From positions 269 through 64,268 of the forward strand of contig JBFMHQ010000003.1 of the NCBI GenBank assembly GCA_040751815.1: a stretch of DNA of 64,000 nucleotides, given 5' to 3'. A program made the translations under genes and the position numbers. The notes below the pieces were generated by a model that was not told where the DNA came from, searched no databases, and saw nothing but the letters and a program-made list of their open reading frames with translations. Below, in pieces: positions 38,793 through 48,430 of this stretch (its first letter is position 1; each line of letters starts with the position of its first letter). The DNA comes from Bacillota bacterium (GTDB taxonomy: Bacteria; Bacillota; Desulfotomaculia; Desulfotomaculales; UBA12532).

Positions 38793-41700
38793 ATGCAAGG
38801 TCTGCTAAACTACCTGCAACAATTGCCTGCCGCCCAGGGTGTTGCCGGGGCGCTCGGCGCCGGGGCACGGGCGGTAACGGTTTACGGGGTGGCAGGAACG
38901 CAGGCCTCTTACCTGGCGGCGGCGCTGGCGCACCCGGCGCGGCCGGTTTGCGTGGTGACGCCCGGGGAGAAGGAGGCCGGCGAGATCGCCCAGGACCTGC
39001 GCACGCTGCTCGCGGGGCGGGGCGTTTTTTTGCTTGTGCCATGGGAAATAATACCAGTCCGCGTCGTCGCTTACTCCCGACATATTGTGAACGCCCGCCT
39101 TGTTGCCCTGCAGGGGCTGGCCTCCGCTCCTTCCCCGGTGGTCGTGGCCTCCGTTGAGGCCCTGGCCCGGCGCCTGGTTCCGGTTACGGTTCTGCGCCGG
39201 GGGCGTGAGATCCGGGAAGGGGAGGACCACGACCCGGAGGCCCTGGCGCGGGAACTGGTGGAACTCGGGTACGAGCCCGTGGCGCAGGTGGAGGTACCGG
39301 GGCAGTTCAGCCGGCGCGGCGGCATCCTTGACGTTTTCCCGCCCACGAACCAGGAACCGTGCCGCCTGGAGTTTTTCGGCGACGAAGTGGTTTCGCTGCG
39401 TACCTTTGACCCGGCCACCCAGCGTTCGGTAGGACGGGCGGCCGGTGTCTCCATCGTTCCGGCCCGCGAAATGCTGCTCACGCCGGAGCGCTGGGAGGAG
39501 GGGGAAGGGAGGCTTGCCGCCGCCTTCACCGCCCAGGAGCGCCGGCTGGAAGGGGAGGCGCGCCGGCGCCTGCGGGCCCTGCGGGAAACCGTCCTCTCCC
39601 ACGTTGCGGCGCGCTCCTATTTTCCCGGTTGCGAGGAGTTCCTCGCCTATTTCTACCCCGAAGCGGTAACCCTTTTCGACTACTTTCCTCCGGAAACGCC
39701 CGTGCTCCTGTGCGAGCCGGCACGCATCCAGGAGGTGGCCGCGGTCATGGCGGCCCAGCGGGCCGAGAGCTACACCACCTTCGTCCGGGACGGGGAGGCG
39801 CTGCCGGGCCAGTTCGAGGCCTTTGTCGACTGGCCGGCCCTGGCGGCGCGTATCGAGCGGCAGCCGCGGGTGATCACCTCCTTCGCCGCCCCCGCCGGCG
39901 GCGGGATTCCCGGCCGCACGCTGCCTTTCGAGGGCCGGTCCCTGGCCGGCGTGCACGGGCGGCCGGAGGCCCTGGCGGAAGACGTGCGGCGGTGGAAGCG
40001 AAAGGGGTACGCCGTGGTGCTTTTTGCGGGCACCCCCGAGCGGGGCGCCCGGGTGCTCGACGTCCTGCGTGAGGACGGCGTGGAGGCCTACTTCCGGCAC
40101 GAGATCGATACCCTGGCCCCGGGGGATGTCGTCGTCTGCGACGGGGGCATTACGTCGGGGTGCGAGTTTCCGGGGATCAGGCTGGCGCTCGCGGGCGAAA
40201 GGGAGATTTTCGGCGGCCGGGTGCTGCCCAGGAGGCACCTCCGGCGTGCGGGGCCGCGCACCCTCGAGGAACTCGATCTGCGCCAGGGGGACTACGTCGT
40301 CCACATCCAGCACGGGATCGGGCGCTACCGGGGGATTGTGCCCCTGGAAATCGAGGGGGTCCGGCGGGAGTACCTGCTCCTGGAGTACGCCGGGGACGAC
40401 CGGCTCTATGTGCCGGTGGACCAGCTCGGCCTGGTGCAGAAGTACGTCGGCGCCGAGGGGGAGACGCCGCGGCTCTCGCGCCTCGGCTCCGGGGAGTGGG
40501 CGCGGACCAGGAGGCGGGTCAGGGAGGCCGTGCGGGAGGTGGCCCGGGACCTCCTGAACCTCTACGCCGCCCGCCAGTCGCGTCCCGGCCACGCCTTCAG
40601 CCCCGACGGCCCGTGGCAGCAAGACTTCGAGGCCGCCTTTCCGTACGAGGAAACCCCCGACCAGTTGCGGGCCGTTGCCGAGATCAAGGCCGACATGGAG
40701 AAGCCGCGCCCCATGGACCGGCTCCTCTGCGGCGACGTGGGGTACGGGAAGACGGAGGTGGCCATGCGGGCCGCCTTCAAAGCGGTAATGGACGGGAAGC
40801 AGGTGGCGTTGCTGGTCCCTACCACGGTCCTCGCGCAGCAGCATTACCTGACCTTTACACGCCGCTTCTCCGGCTACCCCGTAAAGATCGAGATGCTCTC
40901 CCGCTTCAAATCTCCCGCCGAGCAGAAGCGCATCGTAAAGGCCCTGGCGCGGGGTACGGTGGACATCGTCATCGGCACCCACCGCCTCATCTCAGACGAC
41001 GTGCGCTTCGCCAACCTGGGATTGCTCATCATCGACGAGGAGCAGCGCTTCGGGGTGGTGCACAAGGAGAAGCTGAAGCTGGCGTACCCCGAGGTAGACG
41101 TGCTGACCCTTTCCGCCACCCCCATCCCGCGCACCCTTTACATGTCCCTGGTGGGCATCAGAGATACGAGTCTCCTGGAGACGCCGCCGCTGAACCGTTT
41201 TCCGGTCCAGACCTACGTCCTGGAGGAGGACCCGGTGATCATCAGGGAAGCCATTAACCGGGAGCTGGCCCGGGGCGGGCAGGTTTACTTCGTCCACAAC
41301 CGCGTGCAGGACCTCGAAGAGGTGGCGGCCTGGGTGCAAAGCCTGGCGCCGGAAGCCAGGCTGGCGGTAGCCCACGGCCAGATGGATGAGGAAGAGCTCG
41401 AGCGGGTGATGCTCGATTTTGTGGCCGGTAAGTACGACATTCTGGTCTGCACCACCATCATCGAGGCGGGCCTCGACATCGGGAACGTGAACACCCTCAT
41501 CGTGAAAAACGCCGACCAGTTCGGCCTGGCCCAGCTCTACCAGCTGCGCGGCCGGGTGGGACGCTCGAACCGCCTGGCCTACGCCTACTTTACCTTCTCC
41601 CGGGACAGGGTGCTGAACGAGGCGGCGGAGAAACGCCTGGAGGCCATCCGCGACTTCACCGATTTCGGCGCCGGCTTTAAGATCGCCAAGCGCGACCTGG

Positions 41701-42281
41701 AGATACGGGGGGCGGGCAACCTCCTGGGCACCGAGCAGCACGGGCATATTGCCGCCGTCGGTTTCGACCTTTACTGCCGCCTGATGGCCGAGGCGGTGCG
41801 GGAGATGCGGGGCGAGGCGCCCGAGGAAACCGTGGAGACGGTGGTGGAACTGCCGGTTACGGCCTACCTGCCGTCGGACTACGTCCACGACGGCGACCAG
41901 AAGGTGCGCCTCTACTACGCCCTGGCCGGCGCCCGCGACCCTGCGCAGGTTGAGGACCTCCGGGGCGAACTGGTGGACCGCTTTGGCACTCCGCCCGCGG
42001 CGGTGGAGAACCTCCTGGCGGTGTCGCGGCTGCGGGCCCTGGGCAAGAAGCTGAAGGTGAAGAGCATCAGCCGGCAGGGGAAGTTCTACCGCATTATCTT
42101 TGCCCCCGGCCACCCCCTGACCGGCGAGAAACTGGTGGGTGTGGCCCAGAAGTTTCCGCGGAAGCTGAAGTTCAGGGAGGAGGACGGCACCTTCGAGATC
42201 TGGATGGAGGCCGGGAGAACCGGACGGGCTGACGGGGAAGCGATTATGGAAATCGAAGCGTTTCTTGCTAATATGGCCTGA
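38793..42281 (+). CDS. mfd: Transcription-repair coupling factor
   Basis: GDYVVHIQHGIG, GDVGYGKTEVA, IDEEQRFGV, QLRGRVGRS. Confidence 0.98.
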   Translation: MQGLLNYLQQLPAAQGVAGALGAGARAVTVYGVAGTQASYLAAALAHPARPVCVVTPGEKEAGEIAQDLRTLLAGRGVFLLVPWEIIPVRVVAYSRHIVNARLVALQGLASAPSPVVVASVEALARRLVPVTVLRRGREIREGEDHDPEALARELVELGYEPVAQVEVPGQFSRRGGILDVFPPTNQEPCRLEFFGDEVVSLRTFDPATQRSVGRAAGVSIVPAREMLLTPERWEEGEGRLAAAFTAQERRLEGEARRRLRALRETVLSHVAARSYFPGCEEFLAYFYPEAVTLFDYFPPETPVLLCEPARIQEVAAVMAAQRAESYTTFVRDGEALPGQFEAFVDWPALAARIERQPRVITSFAAPAGGGIPGRTLPFEGRSLAGVHGRPEALAEDVRRWKRKGYAVVLFAGTPERGARVLDVLREDGVEAYFRHEIDTLAPGDVVVCDGGITSGCEFPGIRLALAGEREIFGGRVLPRRHLRRAGPRTLEELDLRQGDYVVHIQHGIGRYRGIVPLEIEGVRREYLLLEYAGDDRLYVPVDQLGLVQKYVGAEGETPRLSRLGSGEWARTRRRVREAVREVARDLLNLYAARQSRPGHAFSPDGPWQQDFEAAFPYEETPDQLRAVAEIKADMEKPRPMDRLLCGDVGYGKTEVAMRAAFKAVMDGKQVALLVPTTVLAQQHYLTFTRRFSGYPVKIEMLSRFKSPAEQKRIVKALARGTVDIVIGTHRLISDDVRFANLGLLIIDEEQRFGVVHKEKLKLAYPEVDVLTLSATPIPRTLYMSLVGIRDTSLLETPPLNRFPVQTYVLEEDPVIIREAINRELARGGQVYFVHNRVQDLEEVAAWVQSLAPEARLAVAHGQMDEEELERVMLDFVAGKYDILVCTTIIEAGLDIGNVNTLIVKNADQFGLAQLYQLRGRVGRSNRLAYAYFTFSRDRVLNEAAEKRLEAIRDFTDFGAGFKIAKRDLEIRGAGNLLGTEQHGHIAAVGFDLYCRLMAEAVREMRGEAPEETVETVVELPVTAYLPSDYVHDGDQKVRLYYALAGARDPAQVEDLRGELVDRFGTPPAAVENLLAVSRLRALGKKLKVKSISRQGKFYRIIFAPGHPLTGEKLVGVAQKFPRKLKFREEDGTFEIWMEAGRTGRADGEAIMEIEAFLANMA

Positions 42282-42345
42282 GGGGGCGTATAATAACCGG
42301 TAGGGGATGGGCCTGGAAAAATTTATCCCATTCATTGGAAGAAAT

Positions 42346-42375
42346 GAATAATTCCATTTCACCAGATGTATACTA
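42346..42375 (+). promoter_or_regulatory. SigG-like promoter of spoVT
   Basis: GAATA-N18-TATACTA. Confidence 0.6.
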
Positions 42376-42425
42376 ATTCAGAGAAGAACACGTAACTCTA
42401 TGTAGAAAAGGAGGGACGGAAGTCA

Positions 42426-42986
42426 GTGAAGGCGACCGGCATCGTACGACGCATCGACGACCTCGGCAGGGTCGTCATACCCAAGGAGATCCGGAGAACG
42501 TTGCGCATCCGTGAGGGCGATCCCCTGGAGATATTCGTTGATCGCGAGGGCGAAGTGATTCTGAAAAAATATTCGCCGATCGGCGAATTGGGGGATTTTG
42601 CCAAGGAGTACGCCGATTCCCTCTACGAAGCCACCGGGCATATCGCCTGCATCGCCGACCGGGACGCCATCATCGCCGTCGCCGGCGCACCGAAGAAAGA
42701 GTTTCTCAACAAGCCCGTCGGCCCGGCCGTGGAAAAGGTGATGGAGGAGCGCAGGTCGGTCATCATCAACAGTCCCGGCGAAGAGCCCTTGTGCAAGGAA
42801 TGCCTGACGGTGGACAACGGCGAGTGCAAGTATACCGCGGAGGTGATTGCCCCCATCATCGCCGAAGGGGACCCCATAGGCGCAGTGATGCTCATCTCGA
42901 AAGAGCCGGGGGTTAAGATGGGCCAGCTGGAGCTGAAGCTTGTGGAAACGGCGGCGGGGTTTCTGGCCAAACAGATGGAGCAGTAA
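42426..42986 (+). CDS. spoVT: Stage V sporulation regulator SpoVT
   Basis: MKATGIVRRIDDLGRVVIPKEIRRTLRIREGDPLEIF..FLAKQMEQ; terminator hairpin at 42985-43012. Confidence 0.97.
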   Translation: MKATGIVRRIDDLGRVVIPKEIRRTLRIREGDPLEIFVDREGEVILKKYSPIGELGDFAKEYADSLYEATGHIACIADRDAIIAVAGAPKKEFLNKPVGPAVEKVMEERRSVIINSPGEEPLCKECLTVDNGECKYTAEVIAPIIAEGDPIGAVMLISKEPGVKMGQLELKLVETAAGFLAKQMEQ

Positions 42987-43035
42987 AATGGCCTGCAAGG
43001 GCCATTTTTTTTGGGTCGAAGGAGGTCTTCCGGTT

Positions 43036-44493
43036 TTGGCGGGACCTGTTACCCTTGCCGGCCTGGGGCCGGGGGACAGGCGTGCCGTGCCCCTGGGCGT
43101 GCTGGAGGCGCTGCGTCAGAGCCCCCGGGTCATCCTGCGCACCGGCGTGCATCCGGTGGTCCCCTGGCTGGTTGAGCAGGGCATAAAATTCACCACCTGC
43201 GACCGCTTCTACGAAGAGGAAAGAACCTTTGAGGGGGTCTACCGCCGCGTCGCCGGGGCGGTCTTCGAGGCCGCCCGTGAAGGGCCGGTGGTCTACGCGG
43301 TACCGGGGCACCCTCTGGTGGCCGAAACGGCTTCCCGGTACATTCTCGAAGGGGCGGAGCCGGCCGGGATCGAAGTGGACATCCTGCCGGCGCCCAGCTT
43401 TATCGATGCGGTCCTGGCCGCGCTGCGGCTCGACCCGGTAACCGGTATCCAGTTGATTGACGGGTTAAGTATCGAAGAGCAGCGGCCGATAATCCACACG
43501 GGCAACATCGTCATGCAGGTGCACGACCGTCTTACGGCGGCGAAGGTGAAAATCCGGCTGATGGCCTTCTACCCGGACGACCAGCCGGTGAAGGTGGTGC
43601 GGGCCGCCGGTGTGCCGGGGGAGGAGCGCGTGGCGGAGGTCAGGCTCTACGAAGTGGACAGGCTTCCATGGATCGACCACCTGACGTCCCTCTACATCCC
43701 GCCTGCCGCGGCACCGCCGCGGGATTACCCGCTGGCTTCCCTGGTGGGGATTATGGCCACGCTCCGGGGGGAGCACGGTTGCCCCTGGGACAGGGAACAG
43801 ACCCACGCCAGCCTCAAGCGGTATCTGCTCGAAGAAACCTACGAGGTCCTGGAAGCCATCGAAGCCGGCGATATGCATAGTCTCTGTGAGGAGTTGGGAG
43901 ACTTATTACTGCAAATTGTTTTCCATGCCCGGATAGCGGAGGAAAAGGGGTCTTTTGACCTCGCCGACGTGCTCCGCGGGATTATTGCCAAGATGATCCG
44001 CCGTCATCCCCACGTCTTCGGCGAAGAGCGGGCGGAGAACGCGCCGGAGGTTTTGCGCCGCTGGGAGAAGATCAAGGAGGGGGAAAAGGAGAACGGCGGG
44101 CTGCTCGGCGGCCTCCCCCGGGCGCTGCCGGCGCTGGTGCGGGCGGAGCGCGTGCAGCAGCGGGTGGCCCAGGTCGGCTTCGACTGGCCGGACTGCCACG
44201 GGGCGTTTGCCAAGCTCGTCGAGGAAGTGGAAGAATTGCGGGCCGCCCTGGCCGGGGCCGATACCGCGCGGGTGGCCGCGGAGCTCGGAGACCTCCTTTT
44301 CGCGGCGGTGAATGTTGCCAGGTTGGTCGGCGTGGAGGCGGAGGGGGCCCTGCGGCAGACCGTCGACCGGTTTACGCGCCGTTTCGCCTTTGTCGAGGAA
44401 AAGCTTAAGAAACGCGGCCGGCGCCTCGGTGAGGTCCCCCTGGAGGAGATGGATCTTCTCTGGGAGGAGGCAAAAAAGGGGGAAAAAACTTAG
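43036..44493 (+). CDS. mazG: YabN-type tetrapyrrole methylase-like/MazG pyrophosphohydrolase
   Basis: GLGPG..PGHP N-domain; GCPWDREQT..EE.YE..EELGDLLLQ, RRHPHVF. Confidence 0.93.
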   Translation: MAGPVTLAGLGPGDRRAVPLGVLEALRQSPRVILRTGVHPVVPWLVEQGIKFTTCDRFYEEERTFEGVYRRVAGAVFEAAREGPVVYAVPGHPLVAETASRYILEGAEPAGIEVDILPAPSFIDAVLAALRLDPVTGIQLIDGLSIEEQRPIIHTGNIVMQVHDRLTAAKVKIRLMAFYPDDQPVKVVRAAGVPGEERVAEVRLYEVDRLPWIDHLTSLYIPPAAAPPRDYPLASLVGIMATLRGEHGCPWDREQTHASLKRYLLEETYEVLEAIEAGDMHSLCEELGDLLLQIVFHARIAEEKGSFDLADVLRGIIAKMIRRHPHVFGEERAENAPEVLRRWEKIKEGEKENGGLLGGLPRALPALVRAERVQQRVAQVGFDWPDCHGAFAKLVEEVEELRAALAGADTARVAAELGDLLFAAVNVARLVGVEAEGALRQTVDRFTRRFAFVEEKLKKRGRRLGEVPLEEMDLLWEEAKKGEKT

Positions 44494-44581
44494 GGAATCG
44501 TGCCTGAAAAGAAGGAGAAGCAGGCCTGGCACCGAATATGAAAGGCGGTAAAATCTCTCAACATCCAAGGAGGGGTTTGTG

Positions 44582-44869
44582 GTGAACAAAGCGGAGCTTG
44601 TGTCGGCAGTGGCAGAAAAAACCGATCTGACGAAGAAAGACGTCGAAAAAGCGGTCACGGCTCTCCTGGACAGCATTGGTGACGCGCTGGCGCGGGGCGA
44701 CAGGGTGCAGCTTGTCGGGTTCGGCACTTTCGAAGTCAGGGAAAGGGCGGCCCGCAAGGGAAGGAACCCGCAGACGGGCGAGGAAATCGACATTGCGGCC
44801 TCGCGCGTGCCCGTGTTTAAGGCCGGGAAAGCCCTGCGCGAAGTGGTGGGCAACGCGAACACCAGGTAA
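44582..44869 (+). CDS. hup: DNA-binding protein HU
   Basis: [33 protein letters not shown]. Confidence 0.96.
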   Translation: MNKAELVSAVAEKTDLTKKDVEKAVTALLDSIGDALARGDRVQLVGFGTFEVRERAARKGRNPQTGEEIDIAASRVPVFKAGKALREVVGNANTR

Positions 44870-44874
44870 AGGGT

Positions 44875-45126
44875 TTGCGGCTTGATAAGTTCCTGAAGGT
44901 TTCGCGCCTTGTCAGGCGCCGCACCGTCGCCAACAAAATGTGCGCGGCGGGGCTGGTTACCCTTAACGGGCGCGTCGCGCGTCCGGCAGCCGAGGTCCGC
45001 CCGGGGGATATTATCGGCATAACCTTCGGGACGCGGACCATTGAGGTTGAGGTGGCAAAAACTCCGGACAGTGTACCGGCCAGCGAAGCAGCCAGCCTGT
45101 ACCGGCTCCTGCGCGGTGGGTCCTAG
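44875..45126 (+). CDS. yabO: S4-domain RNA-binding protein YabO (RqcP)
   Basis: MRLDKFLKVSRLVRRRTVA. Confidence 0.93.
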   Translation: MRLDKFLKVSRLVRRRTVANKMCAAGLVTLNGRVARPAAEVRPGDIIGITFGTRTIEVEVAKTPDSVPASEAASLYRLLRGGS

Positions 45127-45206
45127 GCTGGCTTCTTTCTTTTCTCTTTAAGGTCTACCTGGATGCGGGTGGCACATATGATAAACTGAAGTGTCCCACG
45201 GGAGGG

Positions 45207-45488
45207 ATGACCTTGAACGCGCCGGTACACCGTGTGGAGGTCGCGGAGCGCAAGGAGATCAAGGTGCTGGGCGTCCAGCACGTCGACAGCTTCACCGATA
45301 CCGAAATCGCCCTCGAAACCAATATGGGAAACCTTGTCCTTTCCGGCGAGGGGCTGCATATCGTCCAGCTAAACCTCGACGAGGGGTTGCTGGTGGCGGA
45401 GGGGTTGCTGCACGCCTTCCGCTACCGGGAGGGGGGCGTGCGCGCCCGGGACGCCGGGAAGAAGATCTGGGCCCGCATTCTCAGGTAG
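45207..45488 (+). CDS. yabP: Sporulation protein YabP
   Basis: GV..VDSF....I.LETNMG.L...GEGL.I..LNL; synteny. Confidence 0.9.
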   Translation: MTLNAPVHRVEVAERKEIKVLGVQHVDSFTDTEIALETNMGNLVLSGEGLHIVQLNLDEGLLVAEGLLHAFRYREGGVRARDAGKKIWARILR

Positions 45489-45527
45489 CGCGCAAGCGCC
45501 TTTTTCATTTCTGGGGGCCGGAAAGAG

Positions 45528-45890
45528 TTGTCTTTAAGGGAGCAGTTTTTCGCCTTTCTGCTCAGCATCGCCCTGGGTTACGGGGCCGGCTGCGGTTGGG
45601 ATTTCTACCGGGCCGTCAGGGCAGGCCTGCGCCTGGGCCGGTGGGGAACCGGTCTCGGCGACATCCTCTTCTGGGTAGCGCTGACGGCGGCGGTTTTCGG
45701 CTTTCTGCTCCTCGTTACCTGGGGGGAGATGCGCTGGTACGTCTTCCTGGGGCTCGGCCTCGGCGCGGCGCTTTACCGCGCGACCCTCAGCCCCCGCGGG
45801 TACGCCTTCTGGTACAGGGGAACCCAGAGGAGCCTGAAAATTTTCCGGCGCCTCGGCAGGAAAAAGAGAAGGAACGTAGAAGAAACGTAA
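45528..45890 (+). CDS. yabQ: Spore cortex protein YabQ
   Basis: DFYR..DILFW..GEMR.Y.FLG; follows yabP. Confidence 0.88.
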   Translation: MSLREQFFAFLLSIALGYGAGCGWDFYRAVRAGLRLGRWGTGLGDILFWVALTAAVFGFLLLVTWGEMRWYVFLGLGLGAALYRATLSPRGYAFWYRGTQRSLKIFRRLGRKKRRNVEET

Positions 45891-45934
45891 TAAATTTGTA
45901 CACAACCTGTGGATATAAGTGGGGATAACTGCCG

Positions 45935-46189
45935 GTGCAGATGGAGATCCGGGGAGCCGAGCGCCTCAGTCACCGCGAGCGGCAGGTGGTGGTGCTGAAA
46001 GAAATGGGTTACGGCACCGAGGCCATCGCGCGGCGCCTCGGGCTGAGCCCCAGTACGGTGGCCACCCTTTACAACCGGGCGCGGAGCAAGGGCTACCAGG
46101 TGGTGCTGGTAATCGCGGGCGATCCCCTGGGTCTCTTCGGGGCGGAGGAGGGAGCCGATGGAAAGAGCGAAGGTGAGGCGGAGGTTTAA
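45935..46189 (+). CDS. Small sigma-70 region 4/LuxR-type HTH protein
   Basis: LS.RERQVV.LK..G....IA.RLGLS.STV.T...RAR.K. Confidence 0.8.
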   Translation: MQMEIRGAERLSHRERQVVVLKEMGYGTEAIARRLGLSPSTVATLYNRARSKGYQVVLVIAGDPLGLFGAEEGADGKSEGEAEV

Positions 46190-46505
46190 CCCGGCACGCT
46201 CCAAGCTTCCGTACATCTTCCTGATACTGCTTCTCGCCTATTTCGCGGTTTCGGTAACCACGGAACTGGGCAAGTTATGGTACATGCAGCGGAATATGGC
46301 CGAGATGCAGCGGAGTGTTAAGGAACTCCGGGAAAAGAACGCGGCGCTCTGGGATAAGGTCAGGCTTTTGCAGTCGGACGCCTACATAGAGAAAACGGCC
46401 CGTGAGAAACTGGGCCTGGTGAAGCCCGGCGAGACACGGGTGGTTCCCGTGCCCCGTAACCGGTCGCCGGACTTGCCCCCCTCTGACCCGAGCACCAGGG
46501 ATTAA
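46158..46505 (+). CDS. divIC: Septum formation initiator DivIC/FtsB
   Basis: TM + coiled coil + YIEK.AREKLGLVKPGE. Confidence 0.92.
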   Translation: MERAKVRRRFNPARSKLPYIFLILLLAYFAVSVTTELGKLWYMQRNMAEMQRSVKELREKNAALWDKVRLLQSDAYIEKTAREKLGLVKPGETRVVPVPRNRSPDLPPSDPSTRD

Positions 46506-46510
46506 TATGT

Positions 46511-46629
46511 GGGACTGTTGAAAAACTTCGCCTGGCTTTGTCAGGCTCGCCGTCCGGTGCTCATGTACCCCTCGGTACGCTCCGCCCCGGCCTTCGGGTT
46601 TCGCGCCATGCTCGTTTTTGAACGGTCCC
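46511..46629. mobile_element. ~119-bp MITE-like element with terminal inverted repeats
   Basis: GGGACTGTTGAAAAAC ... GTTTTTGAACGGTCCC (14/16 complementary); internal GTAC..GTAC hairpin; partial inverted copy at 46854-46880. Confidence 0.55.
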
Positions 46630-47056
46630 GGGTTTGGTAACAGATCCATATATGGTAAAATGGTGGCGGGGGTGAAAGCCTTGACCGCGCCGCGAAGGGA
46701 AGAACGGGCCGGCTGGCGGGCGCGCGCCCGGCGCAGCGCCGGGTTTGCGCTGGCGGTTCTTTCCCTGGCCGCCATAGACCTGATCTATCATTTCCTGCCC
46801 CGTGCCGTGAAGCGCATCAGGGGCGGCCCCAGGCGGGCGGATTAGGAAGCCGGAAAAACGAGCATGGCGCGGACGGCGAGATCGGTCGTCGATCGTCAGT
46901 CCTCAGAAGTCGGGGGAATTGTCAATCTTTAGATTTTTTGTGATCATGGACCAGCCGCCGACAGGTGGTTAAATGCCGGCATTTGTCCCTGCAAGTGCTT
47001 TTCCGACGGCCGACACAAGACGACCGAATTGCCAGGCGACGTTTTGCAGCGGCCTC

Positions 47057-47926
47057 CTACGGGATAACCTTGTTCAGGGGATATTCGATGATGTCCTGGG
47101 CGCCGGCGCGCTTCAGGGCCGGGATCAGGTCCCGCGCCTGCCTTTCCTCGATGATGACCTCGATGGCGACCCAGGCGCTGTTTACAAGCTGGGAAATGGT
47201 CGGGTGCTTCATCGCCGGCAGGATGGCCAGCACCTCCGGCAGCCTATCCTGGGGCACGTTCATCTTCAGCCCCACCCTCGCCTCGGCCCGCAGGGCACCC
47301 AGCAGCAGGGTGGCCAGGTTCTGCAGCTTTTCCCGCTTCCAGGGGTCCTCCCATGCCTGCCGGTTGGCGTGCAGGCGCGGGGTGGATTCCAGGATGGTCA
47401 CCAGCTCGCGCAGGTTGTTGGCCTGCAGGGAACTGCCGGTTTCGGTCAGGTCGGCAATGGCGTCCACCAGGTTGGGCACCTTGACCTCTGTGGCCCCGTA
47501 GGAAAACTCCACCTGCGCCTTAACCCCGTGCGCGGCCAGGAACTTCTTCGTGATGCGCACGAACTCGGTGGCGATGCGTTTTCCCTCCAGGTCGCGCACC
47601 GACTGAATATCGCTGTTGCGGGCGATGGCGATAACCAGGCGCACCGGCCGCTGCGACTGCTTGGCGTAGACCAGGTTAGCCACCTCCACCACGTCCGCCT
47701 CGTTCTCCCTGATCCAGTCGAGCCCCGAGAGCCCGGCGTCCAGGACCCCCTGGTCCACGTAGCGCGGGATCTCCTGGGCCCGCATGAGGACCACTTCCAT
47801 TTCCGGGTCGTCGATGGTGGGATAGTAGGAGCGCCCGTTGACGGTCAGGTGGTATCCGGCCTTTTTGAAAAGGGCGAAGGTGGCCTCCTGCAGGCTCCCT
47901 TTGGGCAGACCGAGCTTGAGTTTCAA
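47057..47926 (-). CDS. hisG: ATP phosphoribosyltransferase, long form
   Basis: LGLPKGSL, R..EIP.YV, GATE..DAIADLTETGSSL..N.L, C-terminal regulatory domain; promoter TTGACG-18-TATTCT. Confidence 0.96.
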   Translation of the reverse strand: MKLKLGLPKGSLQEATFALFKKAGYHLTVNGRSYYPTIDDPEMEVVLMRAQEIPRYVDQGVLDAGLSGLDWIRENEADVVEVANLVYAKQSQRPVRLVIAIARNSDIQSVRDLEGKRIATEFVRITKKFLAAHGVKAQVEFSYGATEVKVPNLVDAIADLTETGSSLQANNLRELVTILESTPRLHANRQAWEDPWKREKLQNLATLLLGALRAEARVGLKMNVPQDRLPEVLAILPAMKHPTISQLVNSAWVAIEVIIEERQARDLIPALKRAGAQDIIEYPLNKVIP

Positions 47927-48169
47927 GTCTAAAACCTCCCCTGAGAATTACAACATGAAGAATAGACCCTCGCGCGGCACGGCGTCAACCGTTGCCGGCC
48001 GGTTGGCTGTGTCCGAATGTGTCGAGGGAAAAAGTTCCGGCCATCGACATGCCGAGCAGGAGAAGTGCATTTCCGGGTAGAATAAAATACCAAACGTGTC
48101 GTAACCGGGAGAATCCTGGTACCGGCCTGAAACCAGAGAAGAGAGATCGGGGGCAAGGAGGCGGGCGGA

Positions 48170-48430
48170 GTGGATTGCGTCCGGCAGCCAAGTATCGGTT
48201 TTCTGGTGCGGTTCTGGCGGACAGCGGAAGGCAACCGGCAAGATATGTGGCTGGGTGAAGTGCGGCACGTTACCACCGGGCACAGCATTCAGTTCCGGGG
48301 CCTGGATCAGCTCTTCAGCATCCTTGAGCGGGTGCTGGCCGTAGCGGCGGACCCCGTTGTCCCGGCGGAGGAAGTAGACGGGGAATATTACCAGGAGGAA
48401 GAGGTGCAGGCCCCGACGCGCAAATTATGA
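48170..48430 (+). CDS. Hypothetical protein
   Basis: AAGGAGG upstream; FLVRFW..W.GEVRHV.TG..F..L; overlaps the next start (ATGA). Confidence 0.65.
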   Translation: MDCVRQPSIGFLVRFWRTAEGNRQDMWLGEVRHVTTGHSIQFRGLDQLFSILERVLAVAADPVVPAEEVDGEYYQEEEVQAPTRKL

